The translations under genes were made by a program, and so were the position numbers. From an uncultured delta proteobacterium (GTDB taxonomy: Bacteria; Myxococcota_A; Polyangia; Polyangiales; Polyangiaceae), in NCBI GenBank assembly GCA_963806225.1, contig CAWDXG010000004.1, positions 2,464,001 through 2,528,000 of the forward strand: a stretch of DNA of 64,000 bases. The letters are read 5' to 3'. Under the pieces are notes generated by a model. The model was given only the letters and a program-made list of their open reading frames with translations, was not told the DNA's origin and ran no database searches. Below are positions 1 to 10,826 of the stretch, piece by piece (positions within the stretch are counted from its first letter, which is position 1; each line of letters opens with the position of its first letter).

Positions 1-642
1 CAGCGTGCGAGCCGCGCTGGACCACTCGATACTGCCCCCGGGAAACGATAGGGTCGCCACGCGTCCCGCAGCGCCGGCGGCGTCACCGAGCGTCGGAGCT
101 TCGGGATGTTCCAGCGCCATCAGGGCGTAGCGGGTCCCCAGCGCACCGACAAGATGCGGATAGATGAGGTCGAGTAGAGCGAGGTCCTCGTCGTCGAAAG
201 GGGGAAGACCGCGCTGGCGGTAGAACAACACGATGATCTGGCTGCCGAATGGCACGGGCACGCGCGCCATCGCCCCGTCGCTGAAGCCGGCGCGGAAGAA
301 CGCCTCGAACACCGGGTTCTGCAGATGCTGTCGCGGCGCGCGCGCCACCAGATACCAGAGCCCCGGCGCCTGACCGAGCACTGTCGGCACGGCCGGGTCC
401 AGCGCCTTGATGCGCTCGTACTCCGCACGCCAGTCGTCTGGCACACCGCTCTCGATGCCCCACCCCGCGAAGCGCTCCTCCGTGCCGAATACCACGCTGG
501 TCGCGCCTACCACGCGCTGCAGCTGCGCTTGCAGCTCGGCGGCGTCTTCCTGGCAGGTCACACCGCGCTTGAAGAGGCGCACTAGATCAACGAAGGAGTC
601 TGAGCCGCTTTTCAAGCCTAGGTCCGCGTTTCCCCGCGCCAT
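1..642 (-). CDS. Putative LuxR-type transcriptional regulator, N-terminal GAF-like/ligand-binding part (runs off the left edge)
   Basis: Not in the ORF track. Manual translation from ATG at 642 is open to position 1: MARGNADLG...GIESGVPDDWRAEY...IIVLFYRQRGLPPFDDEDLALLDLIYPHLVGAL. The 'PF..ED..LL....PHL..AL' motif is typical of GAF-LuxR regulators. Any HTH would lie outside the window. Confidence 0.55.
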   Translation of the reverse strand, partial: MARGNADLGLKSGSDSFVDLVRLFKRGVTCQEDAAELQAQLQRVVGATSVVFGTEERFAGWGIESGVPDDWRAEYERIKALDPAVPTVLGQAPGLWYLVARAPRQHLQNPVFEAFFRAGFSDGAMARVPVPFGSQIIVLFYRQRGLPPFDDEDLALLDLIYPHLVGALGTRYALMALEHPEAPTLGDAAGAAGRVATLSFPGGSIEWSSAARTL

Positions 643-738
643 ACCTACAATCCCATCGCGCCAGCGGCGGAGCAAGCACAATAGCTGGGCAGCCAACAGT
701 CCCAGCGAACGCCGCTTTCGCGCGCCCGGCGCAGATCG

Positions 739-2956
739 CTAGTCCACGCGCTCGACCCGTACGGGCACGCCGTTCAGCGCGGCGTTCGCGCTCGGCTGGT
801 CGAGCAACGCGTCGTCGGAGAGCCGGTTCACGTTCACCCCGGCGTGCTCGCGAGCCACACCGAGGCGGATGCCCTCGCGATCGTGGCCCCAGCCGTGCGG
901 CAGCGAGACGACGCCCGGCATCATCTCGTCCGTGACGCACACCTTCGCGACCACGCTGCCCACCCGGCTCGTGACCCGCGCCGGCGCGGCGTCTTCCAGG
1001 CCGAGGCGGGCCGCGTCGTCGGGCCCGACGAGCAGCGTGCAGCGCTCGGGGCCCTTCACGAGCGGCACCAGATTGTGCATCCACGAGTTGTTGGAGCGCA
1101 GCTGGCGGCGACCAATCAACACCATGTCGCTTTCGAAACGGGCCGCCTCGAGGCGCTCCACGTCGCGGACGACAAGCTCCGGCGCCAGATCGATCTGCGC
1201 GTCGGGCGTCCGCAGCACGTCGGGCAGCGATGGCTCGAGCGGACCGAGCACGAGCCCGTGCGGATTGTCGCGCAGCCGTTCGAGCGACAGGCCGCCTTCG
1301 CGCCGGCCAAAACCGTCGCCCCACGGCCCCGTGCGCAGGAACAGGTCGAGCATACGCGCTGGTCCGGGCCGCGTGCCGAGCGCGGCGAGCGCCTCGGACG
1401 CGTCGAGCCCCGGCCAGCGGCCACCGTCCTCCCGCACCTCGCCCTGCACCAGCGTGGCGAGCACGAAGTTGTCCGCCGTGGCGAGGTCCATCTCGCGCAT
1501 GCCCATCAGCCCCTTGGCGAGCATCAGCAGGATCTCCCATTCGTCGGGATGATCGGCCGGGCGCGGCAGCGCGGGCGGCGAGTACTTCGCGACGTTCTGT
1601 ACGGCGAGCTGGTAGAGCGCGAGGTCGTAGGTGTCGCGCCGGAGCGGCGACGGCGGCGGCAGGATCAAGTGCGCGTGGCGCGTGGTCTCGTTCAGGTAGA
1701 AGTCGACCGAGAGCATGAAGTCGAGCCCGGCCAGGGCGCCGTCGAGCCGCTCGACGTTGGGCGCGCTGACCAGCGGGTTGCCGGCGATGGTGAGCAGAGC
1801 ATGCACCCCGCCGCCCTCGAATCTCGTCGGCGAGCGCTGCGACGGGCAGCTCGCCGAACGTCTCGGGCAGACCGCGCACGCGGCTCGTCCAGCGCCCGAG
1901 CTTGACGCCGCGCCCACGCTTGCCCGGGCTCGGGTTGCCCCCGCGGTTGGCGGCGGGCTTGGTGAAGAGGGCGCCGCCCGGGCGGTCGAGGTTGCCCGTC
2001 AGGATGTTGACCAGGTCGACCGCCCAGCTCGACAGCGTCCCGAACTGCTGACAGGTCGTGCCGATGCGGCCGTAGCAGGCGGCGCGGTCGGCGGCCGCAT
2101 GCTCGCGCGCGAGCCGGCGTATGGTGGGGGCGTCGATGCCGGTGCGTGCGGCAACGGCCTCCGGCGCGAAGCGCTTGGCGATGGCCTGCACGGCGTCGAG
2201 CCCACGCACCAGACCCTCCGCGCGCCCGAGCCGCACCAACCCCTCCTCGAACAGCACGTGCACCATGGACAGGAGCAGCAGAGCGTCGGTTCCCGGCCGG
2301 ATGAAGTGGTGCTCGTCCGCCACGCGCGCCGTCTCGCTGCGGCGCGGATCGATGACGACGAGCTTGCCGCCGCGCTCGCGCAGGGCGCGCAAGCGCCCCG
2401 GCATGTCCGGCGCCGTCATCAGGCTGCCGTTCGAGACCAGCGGGTTGGCGCCGAGGACCAGCAGGTGATCGGTGCGGTCGACATCGGGGACCGGAACCAG
2501 CAGCCCACCGCCGAACATCAATCCCGAGCTGACCATCTTGGGGAGCTGATCGACGGACGAGGCGCTGTAGCGCTGCTTCGTGCCGAGCGCCTTCTGCAGC
2601 ACCGGTCCGTACAGCATCGCGTGCAGGCTGTGCGCCACCGGGTTGCCGAGATACGTCGCGACGGCGTCGCTGCCGTGACGCTCGCGGATCTCGAGCAGCC
2701 GGTCGATCGCCTCGTCGAACGCCTCGTCCCAGCCGATTTCCTAAAAGCCGCCCGCGGTCCGGCGGAGCGGCCGCTGGAGCCGGTCCGGATCCTCCTCCAA
2801 CGCCTTCAGGCCATAAGCCTTGGGGCAGATGAAGCCGCGCGAGAACGGGTCCTCCTTGTCGCCACGGATGGTGCGGACGCGGTCGTCGTCGAGCTCCACG
2901 GCCACGCCGCAGGTCGCCTCGCACAGGGTGCAGATGCGGTAGGCCGTCGTGGTCAT
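739..2956 (-). CDS. Molybdopterin (DMSO reductase family) oxidoreductase, interrupted by an in-frame TAG (2741-2743) and a frameshift near 1820
   Basis: N-terminal CTLCEATCG...ICPK [4Fe-4S] motif, LVLGANPLVSNGS, VVIDPRRSETA, and C-terminal IGRRQLRSNNSWMHN and VVSLPHGWGH. Pieces lie in ORFs 2741..3232, 587..2638 and 739..1917. Confidence 0.85.
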
Positions 2957-3015
2957 ATCCGAAGCGTGGAGCCGGACCAGCGCGACGTAAAGAGCCGCGG
3001 AACTCCCAGTACCTC

Positions 3016-4679
3016 CTAGTGCACGCCGATGGCTGCGTAGGGCGAGCCTGCCTTGACCCGGAGGTCGTCGGTCGGAAGCGACAGCTTCTTCCACGACTCG
3101 GGATGGTCTGGCGGTCGCTGGTTCGTGTTCTGGGCAGTGGCCTGGTACAGGTCGCCGTCGACCATAACGAGGTCGCCGACGGCGTAGGTGATGGCGGGAC
3201 TTTGGGGAGCGAGCGTCGCCTTGGGGGCCCACATCTCGAGCTTCTGCACCGGCGCGCCGGCGGGGTAGCCGCTGTCCATGAACTCGATCGGCGTCACCGT
3301 CGCGTTCTTGTTCCCGGAACCGTTCAGCGTGCCGGCGACGAGCTGGCTTTTACCTTCCCAGGTGTTGTCGTCGAAGGTGACCGGGCCCTGGATGTTGCCC
3401 GAGATCTTGAACACGACTCCGGGATCGGTCGCTGTCGGATCGAGGATGTCGTAGCTGAAGTCCATGCCGCTGAAGAAGTTGTGCACGAAATGGAAGTTCG
3501 ACGCAGCAGTGGAGTCGCCGCCCACGTAGGCCATCAGCGACTTGGTGTCGGCGAAATAGTTGTTCTTGAACGTCACGTGGCGCTCGCCGTCACCCGTCTC
3601 GGGCTGGCTCCAGAAACTGAGCACGCTGCCGGCCCCGCCCATGAAGACATTGTCGTGGATGCTGATCGTGCCCTCGCGCGTCTGCACCTGCGAGTTGTTG
3701 TCCTGGTACTTCCCGAGGCCGTTGTCGCGCCAGTGCAGCGCCGCAAAGGCGATGACGTTGTTGTAGACCTCGGTGCCGTCGCCCAGATCCTGGATCTGCA
3801 ACGCCTCGTTGCCGGTGCGGACGATACGGTTGTTGTAGACCTTCAAGCCGGGCAGGAGGTTCGCCGGTGGGCTGCCGGTCCAGCCGAAGTACGTGCCCTC
3901 GCCGCCGGTGTCGTGGATGTAGTCGTCGTGGATCCGCACGTTCGCCATGTCGTTAGCAGGGTCGCCCGCGGCGCGGCTGTTCAGGAGCCGGATGCCCGCA
4001 AAACCCGAGCGCTCGACCTCGACGTACTCGATCTCGAAATCTGCTCGCGTCGGCCACCGAGATGCCCATGTGCAGGTACGGGCCGGTCGTGTCGAGCGCG
4101 TCGTCGCTGAGGAAGCCGTATTTCCCGCGCGAGGTCGCGTAGGCGCCGCAGCGGTGGCCGGGATAGGCCGCGTCGCCGGTCTTCGAGTCGGCGTCGTAGC
4201 GACCGGTGAGGATCCAGTGCGAACCGCCACCCATGGTCCAGATGTAGTTGCCGCCCAGGTTGGGGCCGACCGCCACCTGGCCTCCCTGGTTCGTTACCAC
4301 CAGCGGATGCGACGCGTCGCGCGCCGGCAGGTTGCCGAGGTTGAACGTCTTGTAGTGACCGGCGGGAATATAGAGCCGATCGATGTTCGCCCAGTCGACG
4401 TTCGGGAAAGCTCTTCTGCACGTCGGGGAAGTAGAAGCCGTCGCCGCCCGGTTTCGGGATCGCGAACGTCTTGCCGGGCGTCCCGAAGTGACCGAACGCT
4501 TCGCAGCTCTGGGCGCCACCCGCTCCCCCACTCCCCGCCGACCCTCCGCTGCCCGCCGACCCTCCGCTGCCCGCCGACCCTCCGCTGCCCGCCGACCCTC
4601 CGCTGCCCGCGGAACCGCTCCCCGAGCTGCCGCAGGCGACCAGGAGAATCGACAGGGCCGGAATCAGAGCGACGCGCAT
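3016..4679 (-). CDS. Secreted lipoprotein with right-handed beta-helix repeats and a C-terminal CBM5/12-like module (two frameshifts, ~4405 and ~4040)
   Basis: Lipobox LLVAC, a (GSGGSA)n linker, parallel beta-helix-like repeats (IHDDYIHDTGGEGTYFG, VYNNRIVRTGNEALQI) and C-terminal YAVGDLVMVDGDLYQA...W. Spread over three consecutive ORFs. Confidence 0.65.
4537..4612. repeat. 18-bp coding tandem repeat (about 4 copies of cctccgctgcccgccgac), encoding a GSGGSA linker
   Basis: Direct inspection of the sequence. Confidence 0.85.
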
Positions 4680-4808
4680 GGCGCATCGTACACGACCCAC
4701 CTGCCGCGAAGCGCGACTTCGTCCTGGGGGCCATGCCGCCACTCACCAGCGTCGAAGCGCGAACATCGCGGTCGACGCTCGGCCGTCGCCTGCGCTAGTT
4801 CTTCGAGC

Positions 4809-5180
4809 ATGGCCGACCAGGGCGACTACGACATCCGGATGAACGACAAGTATGGCCAGCTCAGGGTGATCGACATCGGGGCGGAGGCGGCAGCGCACGA
4901 GCCGTGGTTCAACCAGACGCTGACCACAGTGAACGACGCGGTCGTGCGACTCGGCATTTTCCACGGCGAGTTCCACTTCCACAAGCACGACGCCGAGGAC
5001 GAGCTGTTTATGGTGCTCGAGGGAGAGCTGCTGCTCGACGTGGAAGGACAGGGCACCATCACGCTCGGTCCACATCAGGCCTACACCGTGGCGAAGGGCA
5101 TCACCCACCGGACACGTTCGCCCGGACGCACGGTGGTGCTCATGATCGAGGCGAAGGGCGTGCAACCGACCGGCGATTGA
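4809..5180 (+). CDS. Cupin domain protein
   Basis: GEFHFHKHDAEDELFMVLEG...GITHRT two-motif cupin metal site. Confidence 0.85.
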   Translation: MADQGDYDIRMNDKYGQLRVIDIGAEAAAHEPWFNQTLTTVNDAVVRLGIFHGEFHFHKHDAEDELFMVLEGELLLDVEGQGTITLGPHQAYTVAKGITHRTRSPGRTVVLMIEAKGVQPTGD

Positions 5181-5205
5181 CGGCGGCGCTCGGGGCCGCC
5201 GCAGG

Positions 5206-5901
5206 TCACCTACCGCAGACGTGCTTCGTTTTCTCGCAGCTGCGCGCGACCTCGTGTCCGACGAGGCGCATGTAGTTCTTCGACGGCGGCGATTTCGTCT
5301 TGTCCATGAGATAGAACGTGCTCGTGAAGTGCTTCGGATCGCCCGCCTTGAAGGTCAGCGGCATCAGACGCACCGGCCGCGGCGGGATGTGGACCTCCGA
5401 CCTGCCCTCGGGAGGCGCGCCGAAGCGACCGCACAGCGGGCCGCGGCAGGTAATGGTGCCGTCGGTGCGGTAGCGGCGGAACGGCGTCGTCCAGAGCAGT
5501 TGCGTACCCTTGAACAACCCTTTCGCCACCCTGCCGCAACGATCCTTCTCGACGTGGGTAGCAGTGTCGCTGGTCACCGTAGTCCTCATGCCCAGGACTT
5601 TGGTCGTCACCGGCACGTGCGCGCGCATCGTGTACGAGACCACTTCGACCTTGCCCTTGAGCGCCGGCTTTCCGTGCCTGCTGGAGAGCCGCAGCTTCAG
5701 CCTGCCGGGCCCGATGTTGAACGTGCCGTTGCCGGCACCGAACGGCGTGCCTTCGATCTTCAGCTGGCTGCCGGGCGAGAGCACATACTCCACGACCCAG
5801 CTCGCGCAGGCGGCGGGCTCGGCCTGGACGTTCGTGGTGGGGGGTGCAACGAGTGCGAAGAAGGGGAGCGCTGCGAAAAGCAACGCACGGCGGATCTTCA
5901 T
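5206..5901 (-). CDS. Hypothetical secreted basic protein
   Basis: Signal peptide MKIRRALLFAALPFFAL, several Cys, good codon usage. No family recognised. Confidence 0.65.
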   Translation of the reverse strand: MKIRRALLFAALPFFALVAPPTTNVQAEPAACASWVVEYVLSPGSQLKIEGTPFGAGNGTFNIGPGRLKLRLSSRHGKPALKGKVEVVSYTMRAHVPVTTKVLGMRTTVTSDTATHVEKDRCGRVAKGLFKGTQLLWTTPFRRYRTDGTITCRGPLCGRFGAPPEGRSEVHIPPRPVRLMPLTFKAGDPKHFTSTFYLMDKTKSPPSKNYMRLVGHEVARSCEKTKHVCGR

Positions 5902-6065
5902 CGCGACGATCGTTGCACGCGAAGCGGGACCGCGCCACGTCGGGGGCAGAGCGAATCAGGTGTGGAAATGTGCGTACCGCGATGCGACGTGCGCTCGCTT
6001 GCCGATTCGAACCAGATCCGATTTTTCCAGGGCCCACTGCGCGGCGCGCAGCGGCGACCCACCGA

Positions 6066-6956
6066 CTATGCAGTCGCAGACGCCATGGCGCTCGGCGACT
6101 GGCCGCGCTGTTCGAGCTGCCGGTAGCGATACGCGCCAAGCAGCGCAGCGCCAATCGCGCCGGCGAGGGGGCCGTCGGGGTGGGTGACAACGTCAACGTC
6201 CGCGACCTTGCGGCGGCGCTTCTTGTTCTTGTCGGCTTCCAGTAGCTCGTGGACGGCGGCGACCAGACCCTCGTCGCGCGATAGCCCGCCGGTGAGCACT
6301 ACGACGCCCTCGGCTGCGACCGAACGCAGGAGCTGCACCAGCCGTCCACCGATGCTGAGGTGGATGCCCTTGAGGATGTCCGCAGTGTCGATGCCGCGCG
6401 AGACCATGTTGATGACGTCGGTCTCGGCGAGCACGGCGCAGATGCTCGACACTTTCTCGGGGCTTTCGGCCTTCTTCGACATGGCGCCCACGTCGTCGAG
6501 CGGCACGCCGAGGTAGCGCGCGATGTTCTCGACAAACTGACCGGAACCGCTGGCGCACTGGCTGGTCATGCGATGCTGTAGCACGCGGCCGTCGGCGTTC
6601 ATCTTCAGCGCGCGGGCGTGCAGGGCGCCCACGTCGAGCGCGGCTCGCGCATCGGGCCTGAGGAACAGCGCGCCGCGCGCGTGCGTCGTCATGCTGTAGA
6701 AGTGCCCGGTACGGAAGCCGACGCTGTCGCCATCGCCGGTACTGGCGATGTAGTCGAACTGATCAGGCGTGACGCCCGCGTCTTTGCAGGCGTCCTCGAA
6801 GGCCGCGTTGATCACGTCCCGGACGTTGCGGCGACGCAGGCGCTGCATACCACTCGCCAGGATTTCACCGTCGCTTCCGGCGCGGCTCCGCGCAATGACG
6901 ACCTTGACGGCTCCTGCACCGGGGTCGACTCCAGCGGTCAGATGCGACTTGTCCAT
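6066..6956 (-). CDS. bcrD: Benzoyl-CoA reductase (class I) subunit D, ATPase/activase
   Basis: GVDPGAGAVK, STGDG...TGHFYSMTTHARGA, MTSQCASGSGQFVENIARYLG, VSSICAVLAETDVINMVSRG. Last gene of the bcrCBAD order. Confidence 0.92.
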   Translation of the reverse strand: MDKSHLTAGVDPGAGAVKVVIARSRAGSDGEILASGMQRLRRRNVRDVINAAFEDACKDAGVTPDQFDYIASTGDGDSVGFRTGHFYSMTTHARGALFLRPDARAALDVGALHARALKMNADGRVLQHRMTSQCASGSGQFVENIARYLGVPLDDVGAMSKKAESPEKVSSICAVLAETDVINMVSRGIDTADILKGIHLSIGGRLVQLLRSVAAEGVVVLTGGLSRDEGLVAAVHELLEADKNKKRRRKVADVDVVTHPDGPLAGAIGAALLGAYRYRQLEQRGQSPSAMASATA

Positions 6957-6958
6957 GA

Positions 6959-8335
6959 TCACTGTCCTCCTGCTGGCGCGGCCGCGACCGCCGCCTGCAC
7001 GAACGTAGGCAGCACCGCGGGCCGCCCGGCTTCAACATCGTCGAGACCGAACAGCGCGGCGCCCAGCGCACCCATGTAGATGGAGTCGGGGTGCGCGTTG
7101 AGCGTAATCTGCTCGCCGTAGTTCTCGTCGACGAGCTCGCGCAACACTTTCGTCGCCATCGCGTTCTTGCACACACCGCCGGTGAACGTGAACTCGTCGT
7201 CGATGCCGCCGGAGCGGGCCAGCAGCGACATCGCGCGCAACATGATCGAACGGTGCAGCCCGGCCAGGATGTCCTCGCGGCGCTCGCCCAGGCCCAGCCT
7301 TTCGCGGAGCTCCGCGCCGGCGAAGACCGTGCACGTGGAGTTTACCTTGACGACACGCTCCGCGGAGAGCGCTAGCGGGCCGAGCTCGTGCAGCCCCAGG
7401 TTCAGCTCGTCGGCGATGTAGCCCAGGTAGCGCCCGCAACCGGCGGCGCAGCGGTCGTTCATCTGGAAGGACGTGACCACGCCCTGGTCGTCGACCTGGA
7501 TCGCCTTGGTGTCCTGACCGCCGATGTCGAGCACGGTGCGGGTGCCGGGGAAGACGCGGTGCGCACCGCGGCCGTGGCAGAGGATCTCGCTGCGAACAGC
7601 CTGCTTCGGAAACGGCAGCGTCTGCCGCCCGTAGCCGGTGCCCACGAACGAGATCTCGTCGATCGGCTGCTCGATCACCGATTCGACGGCGCCAAGCAGA
7701 AGTGACGCATCCGGCGTCTCGTCCGCGATGAGCCGGTGGGCGGCGCGCTTGAGCAGCGCGCTGAAGTCGCGGGGCTTGAGCTGCGTCTCCACGTCGAGGA
7801 TCGCGCGGTCGAACAGGCCGACAACCCGTTCGAAGGAGATTTCGCGGTCGGCGCTGACTTTCTCGGCGCCGGCCATGAAGCCCGCGCCGGCCAGATCGCG
7901 GAAGAAGTCGCTCTTGCGCGCTCCGGCTCCGACGAACAGCTTGGGTGCATCGCTATTCATGCCGCCGAGCACTTCTTCGACCGCGGGCTGGAGCTTGCTG
8001 CGGTCACCGACGTAGGTGAGGCTCCTCAGCACGCGCGCGATCTCGTCTTCGAGCTCGGCCAACTGATCGAGGTAGAGCTCGAGACGGAAGGCCTCGCTGA
8101 GGTCGTCCTTGGCGGCGACGACCTTGCCGCTGGCCAGCGCCGCGCGCTTCGCCAGCTCGCGCTCGAGCATGGTGAACCGCGCGGCTGTAAGCGCTTCTTC
8201 GCGGGCCACGGCGCAGGCCACATCGTAGTTGCTGCGACTGTTGGTGATGCCGCGACCGAGCACGCGCCCCTGCTCGTCGAGCAGGACGGCCTTGGTCGTG
8301 GTCGAACCGAGATCGATACCGACAACACACCTCAT
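6959..8335 (-). CDS. bcrA: Benzoyl-CoA reductase subunit A, ATPase
   Basis: GIDLGSTTTKAV, GITNSRSNYDVAC, RKSDFFRDLAG, RSEILCHG, DIGGQDTKAIQVD, FQMNDRCAAGCGRYLGYIADE. ATG at 8335 overlaps the bcrB stop (ATGA). Confidence 0.93.
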   Translation of the reverse strand: MRCVVGIDLGSTTTKAVLLDEQGRVLGRGITNSRSNYDVACAVAREEALTAARFTMLERELAKRAALASGKVVAAKDDLSEAFRLELYLDQLAELEDEIARVLRSLTYVGDRSKLQPAVEEVLGGMNSDAPKLFVGAGARKSDFFRDLAGAGFMAGAEKVSADREISFERVVGLFDRAILDVETQLKPRDFSALLKRAAHRLIADETPDASLLLGAVESVIEQPIDEISFVGTGYGRQTLPFPKQAVRSEILCHGRGAHRVFPGTRTVLDIGGQDTKAIQVDDQGVVTSFQMNDRCAAGCGRYLGYIADELNLGLHELGPLALSAERVVKVNSTCTVFAGAELRERLGLGERREDILAGLHRSIMLRAMSLLARSGGIDDEFTFTGGVCKNAMATKVLRELVDENYGEQITLNAHPDSIYMGALGAALFGLDDVEAGRPAVLPTFVQAAVAAAPAGGQ

Positions 8336-9624
8336 GACGCGACCTTCCGTTTGCGGGCGTCGAGCATCTGCATGTAGCTCTGCAGCCGGTTTTCGATGTT
8401 GGCTTTGCCGAAGTAGCGCGGGTCGACCAGGTCGGATTCGATGAAGCCGCCCGGCACACCGGTGCGTTTCTCGAGCTCCCGCAGCACGAGGAGCTGCCCG
8501 GCCGAAAAGGAGTTGCACGACTTGACGCTGTTGATGAGGAAGCCGTCCGCCTGGTAGTCCTTGATGTAGCGCTCCAGAAGCGCGGTGCGGGACGGCAGGC
8601 CCAGGTTCGTGTAGCAACCGAGGCAGTAGTCCGCGAGGCTCTCCAGCGGGTGCTCCGGATTGTGGCGGAAGCCCGTGTCGTACAGGCCGCCGACGCGAGT
8701 GTAGGTGCTCGAAACGACGGTGGCGCCCTCGCGGCTGAACATGCGCCAGAAGTCGTGGAAGTTGGTCCAGTTCGGCGGCCCCTCGACGACAAGACGGAAC
8801 TTCTCTTCCGTCGCAAGGCCATCGGGCGTCATGGGGCCGAGCTTCTGCCGGACGCGCTCGTCCACCTCCGCGCGAAGCTCGCTGTAGTACGCGACCGCGT
8901 CCTCGGTGCCGCGGAAGGCGCTGAAAATCGGACCAATGTAGTAGACGCCGCCAAAGTAGCCGTCGATCGGCGACGGTCGATTCCGGGCGGATTCCCACAC
9001 CGCAACCAGGTCGTCCTCCGCCTGGTGCGAGAGGTCCAACCGGCGCGCGAGCTCCTTCATGTCGAGCTTCTTTCCGGCCACGCGCTCCAGGGCTGGTATC
9101 ACCTCGCGCTCGAGCTGGTCGACGACGTACTTTCGCATCTCGTCGGTGATGCGCCCGTCCGGCTGATAGGGAACGTGCAGCATCACGACCGGGCAGTTGT
9201 ATTCCTCACGCAGCAGCTCGAACCACTTCATGAAGGTAAAGCAGCCCGTGTACGAAAGCAGCAGCAGGTCCGGCTCGGGCAGCTTGGTCCCCGTGGGGCC
9301 GATGTTGCCGCTCTTCATCATGCCGATGTCGCACTTGACGTACGTGCACACGTCCTCGGAGTGACCGGCCTTCTCGGCTTCAGCGATGTACGCTCCGCTG
9401 AGCTTGCGCATGCCGGACTGCAGCGCGTTGATCTCGGGCAGCACCGGCAGGAGATCCAGCGAGCGGATGAGCTCCGTGAGGTTGCCCGGCACGAAGGTGT
9501 AGACGACCTTCTTGCCTTCCTCCTTCGCACGCGACAAGCGCTCGAAGTGGTCGGCGATCATGCGCTTCTGCCGCAGCTGGCTGTCGTCCTTGGCTGCGGG
9601 TTCCGTGTTCTTCTCGGTGCTCAT
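8332..9624 (-). CDS. bcrB: Benzoyl-CoA reductase subunit B
   Basis: TFVPGNLTEL, HSEDVCTYVKCD, LLLSYTGCFTFMKWFELL, YCLGCYTN, INSVKSCNSFSAGQL. Confidence 0.93.
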   Translation of the reverse strand: MSTEKNTEPAAKDDSQLRQKRMIADHFERLSRAKEEGKKVVYTFVPGNLTELIRSLDLLPVLPEINALQSGMRKLSGAYIAEAEKAGHSEDVCTYVKCDIGMMKSGNIGPTGTKLPEPDLLLLSYTGCFTFMKWFELLREEYNCPVVMLHVPYQPDGRITDEMRKYVVDQLEREVIPALERVAGKKLDMKELARRLDLSHQAEDDLVAVWESARNRPSPIDGYFGGVYYIGPIFSAFRGTEDAVAYYSELRAEVDERVRQKLGPMTPDGLATEEKFRLVVEGPPNWTNFHDFWRMFSREGATVVSSTYTRVGGLYDTGFRHNPEHPLESLADYCLGCYTNLGLPSRTALLERYIKDYQADGFLINSVKSCNSFSAGQLLVLRELEKRTGVPGGFIESDLVDPRYFGKANIENRLQSYMQMLDARKRKVAS

Positions 9625-10826
9625 GCTGCACTCCCCCAGAGCTTGACGGCGTCGGAAAAGGCGCCGGCCTGCTCGCGGATGACCTGGAATTGACCTGTGT
9701 TCTCGGCAAACTTCAGGCTGGTGTGTGGGATTTTCTCACGGTCGAGCGCCGCTTCGAGCATGGGTTGGTCGAGCAGCGCGGGGTCGCAGAAGGACGCGGC
9801 GGCGAAGATCACGCCTTCGGCATTGGCGTTGCGCACCTGCTTGATGAGCGACGCGCCCTTGACCAACTCGCCGATGTAGCGCGAAGCCGTCGGGGCGCCG
9901 TTCAGCACGTAGGCCAGAGCCAGGGCTTCGAGCGGGTCCTGTCCCTCTTCCAGCCGGATCGGTCCTTCGATGCTGCGCAAGCCCAGCTGGAAGTCGTCGT
10001 CGACGATGTCGCATCCGGCTGCCTCCAGCGTCTTGATCAGGCCGAAGGGCGGTTGCTCGCAGAACGAGCCACGAATGACCACGCGCACGTTGTCGTAGGC
10101 GCGCGCTTCACGTTCCCTGGCCGCATCGAGGAATTCGCGGAGGAACTTCGTGTGGGCGTCGGCTTCGAGCACCCCGCCGGCGCGGGCTACCAGATACGCC
10201 TCCGACGCGCGCACTCGCCACGGTTCGCGGCGGCGGAGCTCGTCCAGCTCCTCGAGCACTTCTCGTCGCGTGTTCTCGCGCGCGATGGCGTCCCGCAAGG
10301 CATCGTCGTCCAGCGGGAGCGCGCCGCGCTCGCGGAGGCCCGCGGCGATGCGCCTGAGCTCACCGGCGTAGAAGCGTCCGCCGAGCTCCGGATCGAAGTT
10401 CTGCGGCAGATCGAGGTAGGCCCCGTAGCGGTCGGGGAACAGCATTGCCCACATGCCGCCGAGATTGCGGATCACGTCGCAGATGGACGGAAACAGCATG
10501 CCGTCGAACAGATCGAGCCGCCCGGAGACGGCAAGCTCCACCGTGCTGCGTGGAATGTGGCAGATGTACGACTGGAAGTACGAGTCGCCGCGGATGATGT
10601 CGAGCTGGTCGCCGCCACCGAAGACCGCCACGGGCAGGCAACCGATCGCTTCAAGAAGCGGGCGCGGCGCATAGATCGGCATATACCCGACCGCGAGCCG
10701 ACCGGGATGCTCGGCCTTCCAATCCCGCACGGCGCCGAAGGACAGGTCGTCCGACAAGCGTCGCGCCCGCGTGAGTAGCTCGGCGGCAGGATCGCCGGCC
10801 GCCCCCGTCGATGGCTGGTCGTTCAT
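9621..10826 (-). CDS. bcrC: Benzoyl-CoA reductase subunit C
   Basis: RGDSYFQSYICHIPRSTVEL, FPSICDVIRNL, GSFCEQPP, ASFCDPALLDQPM, KFAENTGQFQVIREQAGAFSD. Confidence 0.93.
   Translation of the reverse strand: MNDQPSTGAAGDPAAELLTRARRLSDDLSFGAVRDWKAEHPGRLAVGYMPIYAPRPLLEAIGCLPVAVFGGGDQLDIIRGDSYFQSYICHIPRSTVELAVSGRLDLFDGMLFPSICDVIRNLGGMWAMLFPDRYGAYLDLPQNFDPELGGRFYAGELRRIAAGLRERGALPLDDDALRDAIARENTRREVLEELDELRRREPWRVRASEAYLVARAGGVLEADAHTKFLREFLDAAREREARAYDNVRVVIRGSFCEQPPFGLIKTLEAAGCDIVDDDFQLGLRSIEGPIRLEEGQDPLEALALAYVLNGAPTASRYIGELVKGASLIKQVRNANAEGVIFAAASFCDPALLDQPMLEAALDREKIPHTSLKFAENTGQFQVIREQAGAFSDAVKLWGSAA

Noticed and set aside
6066..10826. 2-hydroxyglutaryl-CoA dehydratase plus activator instead of benzoyl-CoA reductase
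   Set aside because: Two distinct ATPase subunits, Bcr-type motifs, the bcrCBAD order and adjacent dch/had all point to Bcr.
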